A stretch of 61,765 nt of DNA from Candidatus Micrarchaeota archaeon (GTDB lineage: Archaea; Micrarchaeota; Micrarchaeia; Micrarchaeales; CABMGC01): assembly GCA_021848065.1 (NCBI GenBank), contig JAJZNA010000007.1:1-61765 (forward strand), read 5' to 3'. Every line of letters begins with the position of its first letter. The first letter of the stretch is position 1. A program made the translations under genes and the position numbers. Below the pieces are notes generated by a model. That model was not told the DNA's origin. It ran no database searches and was given only the letters and a program-made list of their open reading frames with translations. This document shows positions 55,514-61,765 of this stretch, piece by piece.

Positions 55514-56110
55514 TTATTTCTTTTGCTTTGGACCTCTTGGCGCCCTCCTTTCCCTAGGATGCCTCTCAGGCCTCCTTGCTGCGCCTATCCACTCAGGCTT
55601 GCCGAGCCCGTCGGGCCTCATGGTCAGTGCTATCTTCGCGTCCTTTATGTTGGACTTTATGCTTATGGATGATACCTTTGCATACACGGTATCACCCTTC
55701 TTAAGGCTCTTTCCGGAGTTCTTGGATACGAAGGCCATTGATTTCTTATCATAAGTTATGAAGTCCGTAGTTATCTGGGACAGGTGCACCAGGCCATCTA
55801 TAGGGCCTAACCTTACGAAGCATCCGAAATCGGCAAGCTCGGATACCTCCCCAAGCACTACCTCATCTATGCCAAGGCTGAATGAAAGGGTGTCAAACTT
55901 CAGGTTGTGGTGCGTGGAGGGATCGCTTGGCATGATGGCGCCATCGCTTACGTCCCTTACGTTGAATATTGCAAGTATTATGCCGAGATCCTTGTCTAGC
56001 GTCCTCTCGTACTTCAGCCTGAGTATTTCAAGTGCGGTCTTCTCAAGGTCCTGGCCGAAGTACTTTGGAGGTATGCTTATCGTGTCCTCTATAGTAGTTA
56101 TATAATACAA
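55514..56110 (-). CDS. rpoE1: RNA polymerase subunit E' (Rpo7)
   Basis: IPPKYFG, FGCFVRLGPIDGLVHLSQI, LTMRPDGLGK; likely TTG start. Confidence 0.96.
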   Translation of the reverse strand: MYYITTIEDTISIPPKYFGQDLEKTALEILRLKYERTLDKDLGIILAIFNVRDVSDGAIMPSDPSTHHNLKFDTLSFSLGIDEVVLGEVSELADFGCFVRLGPIDGLVHLSQITTDFITYDKKSMAFVSKNSGKSLKKGDTVYAKVSSISIKSNIKDAKIALTMRPDGLGKPEWIGAARRPERHPRERRAPRGPKQKK

Positions 56111-56224
56111 ATTATGCACCAGAATAGGCATTAGCGATGATATTTATCTAAAGATAAGGTATATTAGCGTTTCTGTGTCCTGCCGCTGGATGCCCAATGA
56201 CGCGTCGTACGAGTCGTTATCACG

Positions 56225-56587
56225 CTACCTGAATGAGCCGTCCCTTGAAACGCTGTATGTTGCTATGCCCCTGGACCTCAGCTCGCGCTTAAGCTTGATG
56301 TCATTGGTGCATACCCCTGAGAACCTCCTTGCGCTCCTGAGTATCCACTTGTCCACATACTCTTCATTGTCCACTATGTCTATGCCATAGCTCTTGATCA
56401 TGGCAAGCGCCACCTTGGCATGCTTGCTGCTTGACTTCCTGCTCCTTGAGATCAGCGTGAGCTCCTTGACCACGCCCTTTGATATGACCGGGGCCATGTC
56501 CAGATTCTCCTTGATGCCTTTGAACACATCTACCCGGTTAGACAGGCCAAAGAGTATGGAGCTGGTGTCCAGGATTATGCGATCCAT
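56225..56587 (-). CDS. PIN-domain protein (Fcf1/Utp24-like)
   Basis: ILDTS, VVKEL, VD, CTND; typical position upstream of rpoE'. Confidence 0.88.
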   Translation of the reverse strand: MDRIILDTSSILFGLSNRVDVFKGIKENLDMAPVISKGVVKELTLISRSRKSSSKHAKVALAMIKSYGIDIVDNEEYVDKWILRSARRFSGVCTNDIKLKRELRSRGIATYSVSRDGSFR

Positions 56588-56714
56588 GCCAACATTAGGG
56601 TTTGGTGATTAAGCCTTATATACCAGGGCTTGCCATATACTAGCATCTGACTCGTGCTTTTCCAGCCAGGATTGAGGCGTAAGCCTTTGAAAGGGCAAAA
56701 GCACTGGTCGGCTT

Positions 56715-57119
56715 ATGGATGGTGCATTGGACACAGCAGACATTCTGAGATCATGCAAGGTAATAGCGGTAGTCGGATGCTCCAAGGACCCCGAGAAATA
56801 CAGCAACATAGTTGCGCATTTTCTGCAGGACGCAGGGTACAGGATAGTGCCGGTGAATCCGACTGCGGACGAGATACTGGGGGAGAAGTGCTACCACTCG
56901 CTTTTAGACATACCTGAAAAGGTTGACATGGTGGATGTCTTCAGGCCTTCTGCAGAAGCCATGGGAATCGCGCAGCAGGCAGTGAAGATAGGGGCAAAGG
57001 CATTATGGCTCCAGGAGGGGATAGTGAGCGAGGATGCGAAGAAATATGCTGAAAGCATGGGAATGGCATTCATTCAGGATAGGTGCACGATGAAGGAGTA
57101 CGTTAAGATGCAGGGATAG
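56715..57119 (+). CDS. CoA-binding protein (YccU-like)
   Basis: IAVVGCS, PVNP, VDVFR, WLQEG, DRC. Confidence 0.93.
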   Translation: MDGALDTADILRSCKVIAVVGCSKDPEKYSNIVAHFLQDAGYRIVPVNPTADEILGEKCYHSLLDIPEKVDMVDVFRPSAEAMGIAQQAVKIGAKALWLQEGIVSEDAKKYAESMGMAFIQDRCTMKEYVKMQG

Positions 57120-57120
57120 A

Positions 57121-57525
57121 ATGGACTTGGACATGTATGCCGAAGAGCTAATATACAATTACGAACACCAGAAGAACAAGGGAGCCATACAGGACGCCAC
57201 TACGGATAGGCATGAGGAGAACATATCGTGCGGAGACAAGATAACGGTCTACCTCAAGATAGAGGGAGGCAAGGTTGCTGATGTCAAGTACGATGGCGCT
57301 GGGTGCGTGATCTCCATGGGAACGTCAAGCATACTAACAGACTTCCTCAAGGGAAAGACGCTGCAGGAGATAGAGTCCTTTGGAAAGAAGGATCTGCTGG
57401 AGCTTATAGCCATAGATCCTGGACCAGTAAGGATGCACTGCGCCACGCTATCCCTTAGGGCAATAAAGAAGGCTGTATACGGGTACGAAAACAAGCCAAT
57501 TGATGCTGAGACCAAGAGCCTCTAG
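57121..57525 (+). CDS. sufU: Fe-S scaffold/sulfur-transfer protein SufU/IscU
   Basis: NISCGD, GCVIS, RMHCATL. Confidence 0.92.
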   Translation: MDLDMYAEELIYNYEHQKNKGAIQDATTDRHEENISCGDKITVYLKIEGGKVADVKYDGAGCVISMGTSSILTDFLKGKTLQEIESFGKKDLLELIAIDPGPVRMHCATLSLRAIKKAVYGYENKPIDAETKSL

Positions 57526-58001
57526 TCACGCGCCACCTTTCGCACGTAAACAACATATTCAAACTCTGGAAAGTCTTCTCTGCTCTTCTCTTCCCATTCG
57601 CTTTCGCTAAACTCGGGAAAGAATCGGTCTCCCGGGTAGTCGGACTTTATGAAAGATAGCTGCATCGTGTCCGCCTTGGATATTGCATCCTTGAACACAC
57701 CCTCTCCCCCTATTATGTATATGTCTGGACCGTACTCAAATCCCTTTGATATGGCTTCGTCAAGGCTGTGGCATACGTCCACCCCTTTTGCATACATGCC
57801 TGACCTGGTAAGCACTATATTATGCAAGCCTATCAGCCTTCCATTTCGCTTAGTGGCCATGTAGACCCTGCGGCCCATTATGATGGTCTTGCCGCGCACT
57901 ATGTCCTCATAGTGCTTGCTCTCGCTTCCCATATGCCATGGAAGCCTGTTCCCTATGCCTATGACGCGCTCCTTTGTCATCGCGGCTACTAGGGAGATCA
58001 T
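57522..58001 (-). CDS. folA: Dihydrofolate reductase
   Basis: VIGIGNRLPW, IMGR, IIGG, GDRFFP. Confidence 0.93.
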   Translation of the reverse strand: MISLVAAMTKERVIGIGNRLPWHMGSESKHYEDIVRGKTIIMGRRVYMATKRNGRLIGLHNIVLTRSGMYAKGVDVCHSLDEAISKGFEYGPDIYIIGGEGVFKDAISKADTMQLSFIKSDYPGDRFFPEFSESEWEEKSREDFPEFEYVVYVRKVARD

Positions 58002-58942
58002 GCCTTTCGGCCCTCTTTGGGCTTCTTGAGCATGGTCTTTAGCTTTTCTATGTAGGACACATCTGTCGGGTTTATACCGCGTATTGAGCTTAGCTTGTAT
58101 GACAGATAATCCCCATAGTGCACGAGATACAGTATCCTTGAAAGCTGCGACGTTCCCTTCGGGTTTATGATGTTGAATTTGCTGCGGGTCAGCTTTTCTG
58201 TTACATGTATTCTGTCGTTTATACGCTTGTCGCGGCTGGCGAAGACCATGAAGTAGAACTCGTTCTTTTTGTAGGTATGCGCAAGTGCCATGGTGTCATT
58301 GTGGTTCAGCTCTGGAAAACTGCTCGAGTATGCCAGTATCTTTGGGTTCTCATTGAACTGCGTTTTCCAGCGGTATGCTACTGCGCGGAACGGGAAGGAC
58401 CCGTATATCACAGGTATTGCATCGGATCTGGCAATAGATCTGGCGTGGCGGTAACATTCTTCGGGGTTGCCATCAAGCCCTGAAAGCAGCCCGTACGATT
58501 CCCTTATCTCCTTGGGCTCCGCAAGGCCAAAGCTGTTGAGCAGGGGCATCAGCAGGTACACCAATGAAGACCTCGGCTGGAGATCTGGACGGGGTATCTT
58601 TACGTGCTGATCCCCATATCCCTCAAGAAGCCCGCGCGAGCTTATTGTAACGACATGAGCCTTGCGCTTCTTGGCGGCCTTTGCTGCGGCCAGAACCTCT
58701 TCGGTATTTCCTGAATAGCTCATGGAGATGAACAGAGTGGACGGAGACACGAAGTCGGGTATCTCATATCCTTCCACAAGTGATACGGGCTTCTTTGAAT
58801 AAATCTCCTGGAATATCCTTGCGGATATGCCAGAGCCGCCAAGGCCGGATAGTACAACATTGCTAAAGTTCTTCGGCAGCCTGAATCTTCCTTCAAACTT
58901 TAATTGCTCCTTCATTAGCCTTAGCTCTTCCAAGAATTCCAT
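57998..58942 (-). CDS. Bifunctional phosphoglucose/phosphomannose isomerase
   Basis: GLGGSG, SYSGNTEE, RWKTQFNEN, PELNHN. Confidence 0.93.
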   Translation of the reverse strand: MEFLEELRLMKEQLKFEGRFRLPKNFSNVVLSGLGGSGISARIFQEIYSKKPVSLVEGYEIPDFVSPSTLFISMSYSGNTEEVLAAAKAAKKRKAHVVTISSRGLLEGYGDQHVKIPRPDLQPRSSLVYLLMPLLNSFGLAEPKEIRESYGLLSGLDGNPEECYRHARSIARSDAIPVIYGSFPFRAVAYRWKTQFNENPKILAYSSSFPELNHNDTMALAHTYKKNEFYFMVFASRDKRINDRIHVTEKLTRSKFNIINPKGTSQLSRILYLVHYGDYLSYKLSSIRGINPTDVSYIEKLKTMLKKPKEGRKA

Positions 58943-59015
58943 ATTACTTTTTTATGTCCAATGGTTTAAGTAGCTTGTCTGCAGGAGGCGTATGGATGCG
59001 CTTTCTGAGCTGCGG

Positions 59016-59561
59016 TTACATCAGATTGCCTGGCCTGGATTTTGCTTCGGGCATACGTATACTTATCCTCTTCCTTGCAAGGGTCCCACTGCGCCTCGCG
59101 TCATCCATAGCATCATCTATAAGGCGGCTCATTTGCTCAAGGCTGCATTCCCCTGCAAGCTTGAATGCGATACGCTCATTGGGGCCCACTACAACGGTAG
59201 TTGGATGCTCAGTTACGAAGTATCTATGCCATATGCGCATCCCCTTGTCAACCACAATAGGATACCTTATACCCTTGGCTTGGGCTGCCGAGGTTATATT
59301 CCCCAGGGGCCTCCTGGCAGACGCCTTTGAGGAATGCACGCCTATCACCACTACGGGGTCTTTACGGTACTTGCTTGCTATGGCAGACATTAATGGTAGT
59401 GAGTTCATGCCGTTTTTGTCATAGCACGACCAGAAGTCCAGTATTACCACATGCCATTTCAGCTTCTGCAGAGACAGGGGTTCTGCTGAATTAATCCAAG
59501 TGCATCCTTCAGGCAGCTCCGGGGCCTTTCTGGTAAGCAGCTTTATAAAATTTAGGGACAT
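59016..59561 (-). CDS. Thioredoxin-like (TlpA/NHL-associated type) protein lacking CxxC
   Basis: APEL...WIN, LDFWSCY, VIGVHS, YPIVVD, PT, GE. Confidence 0.8.
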   Translation of the reverse strand: MSLNFIKLLTRKAPELPEGCTWINSAEPLSLQKLKWHVVILDFWSCYDKNGMNSLPLMSAIASKYRKDPVVVIGVHSSKASARRPLGNITSAAQAKGIRYPIVVDKGMRIWHRYFVTEHPTTVVVGPNERIAFKLAGECSLEQMSRLIDDAMDDARRSGTLARKRISIRMPEAKSRPGNLM

Positions 59562-59563
59562 GG

Positions 59564-60613
59564 CTAAATCCCTGGCTGCTGCTGCGTAGCACAATGTATT
59601 GTGCCGAAGCCATAGACGAGCTCCCTGCAGTTTATCCCTATCACCTTTCGGCCCGGGAACAGGCCGCGGATTATGTCCAGCGCCTTTGGGTCATTTTCAT
59701 CCTGGAAAGTCGGCACTAGAACTGCCGCATTTGAGATGTAGAAGTTGGCATAGCTTGCCGGGAGCCTCTGTCCGTGAATTATTACAGGGCCTGGCATTGG
59801 GAGTGGCACTACCTTGAGGCGCTTGCCGTCCTGGTCAGATGCGCCCCTGAGTGTGCGGTAGTTCTCCTGGAGTATGCCGTAATTGTCGTCGCCTTTGTCT
59901 TCGTCAACTGCGCAGACCACAGTGTCGGGAGATACAAACCTTGCAACATCATCAATGTGGCCATCGGTGTCGTCCCCTTCTATCCCGCCCTTGAGCCATA
60001 TTACCTTGGTTGCACCAAGATATTCCCTGAGGTTGAGTTCTATCTGCTCGCGACTTAGGCCCGGGTTGCGGTTCTTATTCAACAGGCATTGCTCGGTAGT
60101 AATCAAGGCTCCACGCCCATTGACATCTATGGATCCGCCTTCGAGGACCATCGGTGCCTTGAATTCGGGCATTCCTTTTATCGGAAGAAGTGACGGTATT
60201 TCAGTATCGGCCTTCAGGTCGTCATATTTGTTTCCCCATGCGTTGAACTCCCAGTGGGTGAACGCCATGCCTGCCCCCTTGGGGCCTGAATGTGTAACGA
60301 ATATGGGGCCGTAGTCCCTGAACCATACGTCTGCAGTCTTTATCAGGTGTATCAGTATGCTATCTGAATTTTTGCCATTTGGAAGGATGCTGCGCACTCG
60401 CTCCTGCATGGCTGCGTCATCGACCAGTATGTTGACCTTTTCACCTTCGGCCAGGGCAGAAACCATGGCCACGTACGTCTTCTCCACTTCTGGGAGTATA
60501 TCTTCTGGGAATGACATAGGATTCTTAGGCCAGGAGATCCATGTTGCATCATGGCGTACCCATTCGGCAGGCATTGAGTATCCGAGCTTGAATGGTGTCG
60601 TTTTTTCAGTCAT
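59564..60613 (-). CDS. aguA: Agmatine deiminase (PPAD family)
   Basis: MPAEW, WFRDYGP, LEGGSI, DDTDGHID, ASYANF, GTIHCATQQ. Confidence 0.96.
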   Translation of the reverse strand: MTEKTTPFKLGYSMPAEWVRHDATWISWPKNPMSFPEDILPEVEKTYVAMVSALAEGEKVNILVDDAAMQERVRSILPNGKNSDSILIHLIKTADVWFRDYGPIFVTHSGPKGAGMAFTHWEFNAWGNKYDDLKADTEIPSLLPIKGMPEFKAPMVLEGGSIDVNGRGALITTEQCLLNKNRNPGLSREQIELNLREYLGATKVIWLKGGIEGDDTDGHIDDVARFVSPDTVVCAVDEDKGDDNYGILQENYRTLRGASDQDGKRLKVVPLPMPGPVIIHGQRLPASYANFYISNAAVLVPTFQDENDPKALDIIRGLFPGRKVIGINCRELVYGFGTIHCATQQQPGI

Positions 60614-60632
60614 GAGTGCACCGTGTGTTGAA

Positions 60633-61511
60633 TTACTCGAGGAAGCGCGATGTAAGGCCGCCGTAGGCGTCTATGCGCCTATCCCTAAGGAACGGCCACC
60701 CGTGCCTTGTTGCATCTACCCTAGACATGTCGCATTTTGCGATGAGTATGTCCTCCTTGTCGTCGGCTTTAGCAATCATTTCGCCAAACGGCCCAGAAAC
60801 GAATGAAGATCCCCAAAACTTTATCTTGCCCTCCTGCCCAACGCGGTTGACTGCTGCCACGAAGACCCCGTTGGCTATGCCGTGCGCCCTCTGTATGGTC
60901 TCCCAGGCGGTGCGCATCTCCTGCGTAGATTCCTGTTCAGTTGGATACCAGCCTATGGCAGTAGGATAGAACAGTATGTTTGCGCCCATCATGGCAGTGA
61001 GCCTTGCGGCCTCAGGATACCATTGGTCCCAGCATATGAGCACCCCTATTTTCCCATGTTTGGTAGCCTGGGCCCTGAATCCCAGGTCACCTGGTGCGAA
61101 ATAGAATTTCTCATAATAATGTGGATCGTCGGGTATGTGCATCTTCCTGTACTTGTCCACTATGGATCCGTCAGAGTCTATGACTACTGCAGAGTTGTGG
61201 TAAAGCCCTCTGGCGCGCTTTTCGAATATGCCGGCTATGACACTCACCCCGTTTCTCTTTGCTGCCTCTGACACCGCTGCAGTTGTCTCTCCAGGGATAG
61301 CCTCTGAGAGGTTGAAGTTCTCTTCGTTCTCTTCCTGGCAGAAGTACTGTGAACGGAATAGCTCAGGCAGGCACACTATCTGCGCGCCCTTTTTGGCAGC
61401 CTCGTCTATCTTCTTTACTGCCTTGTCCAAGTTGGCTGAAGGATCCTCGGACATGCTCATCTGTATGAGCCCTATGGTAACTTCGTGCACCGGCTTCCTG
61501 ACGTCTTCCAT
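60633..61511 (-). CDS. aguB: N-carbamoylputrescine amidase (nitrilase family)
   Basis: LPELF, YRKMHIP, EKFYF, ICWDQWYPE, PTAIGW; the ORF-track ATG at 61547 lies inside the IS end. Confidence 0.93.
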   Translation of the reverse strand: MEDVRKPVHEVTIGLIQMSMSEDPSANLDKAVKKIDEAAKKGAQIVCLPELFRSQYFCQEENEENFNLSEAIPGETTAAVSEAAKRNGVSVIAGIFEKRARGLYHNSAVVIDSDGSIVDKYRKMHIPDDPHYYEKFYFAPGDLGFRAQATKHGKIGVLICWDQWYPEAARLTAMMGANILFYPTAIGWYPTEQESTQEMRTAWETIQRAHGIANGVFVAAVNRVGQEGKIKFWGSSFVSGPFGEMIAKADDKEDILIAKCDMSRVDATRHGWPFLRDRRIDAYGGLTSRFLE

Positions 61512-61540
61512 ATTACCAGCATATAATAATGGGGTTAAAT

Positions 61541-61765
61541 GTGACATCCTCCCACGATTGAAAATCGTGGGCTTCCAATGGTGTTTTTTGATTGGTCATC
61601 GTGAAGCACCAAGTATAGTTCCTGATTCAGCGATATCTGCCTTCATGTGCGAAGGTCTTACAATATCTCCAGAGGCGTAACTTCCCGAATGTCCTTCGGT
61701 AGTTTGAGAGATTGCTCTTTCAAATATATTCTTCGATGCATTTATATCCCTATCTCCCGTATGGC
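61541..61765 (-). mobile_element. tnpB: Right end and tnpB 3' fragment of another IS200/IS605-family element
   Basis: - strand reads HTGDRDINASKNIFERAISQTTEGHSGSYASGD...stop at 61596; hairpin CCCACGAT/ATCGTGGG followed by GGATGTCAC. Confidence 0.9.

Noticed and set aside
61700-61735. Suspected frameshift in the terminal tnpB fragment
   Set aside because: On re-reading, the frame is continuous (NIFERAISQTTEGHSG)
1-61765. CRISPR array, integrase/provirus, or the window as a circular element
   Set aside because: No repeat-spacer array, integrase or capsid gene seen; content is core chromosomal, and the IS ends at both edges are better explained by assembly breaks

Overview
Core-chromosomal segment of a DPANN archaeon, most likely Micrarchaeota. 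This assignment is inferred from archaeal information genes, ATA-rich codons, GGTG-N5/6 ribosome-binding sites and a class III signal-peptide DUF2341 protein. Housekeeping content includes rpl1-rpl10-rpl12, spt5-rpl11, rpl15e, pcc1, pelota, priS, gltX, rpoE'/spt4, trm5, ksgA, a stand-alone 5S rRNA and tRNA-Pro(CGG). There is a bacterial-type folate/early purine cluster (folK, RimK-like ligase, cysQ, folD, purN, 5-FTHF cyclo-ligase, purD, purF; folA elsewhere) and an aguB-aguA operon. Three IS200/IS605-family (tnpB) elements are present: one complete, one at each window edge. The most unusual signals are: (1) a HerA/VirB4-like ATPase co-transcribed with a catalytically dead VirB11/TadA-like protein, divergent from a wHTH gene and converging on nreA; (2) an unannotated ~180-nt multi-branched structured RNA at 2279-2460; (3) a 723-aa helical-repeat + cobalamin-binding-domain fusion; (4) a 4-TM + PLD-like protein; (5) an ATT start codon for rnhB; (6) an AT-rich island carrying a G1 glutamic peptidase. 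All calls come from reading motifs by eye; no database searches were run.
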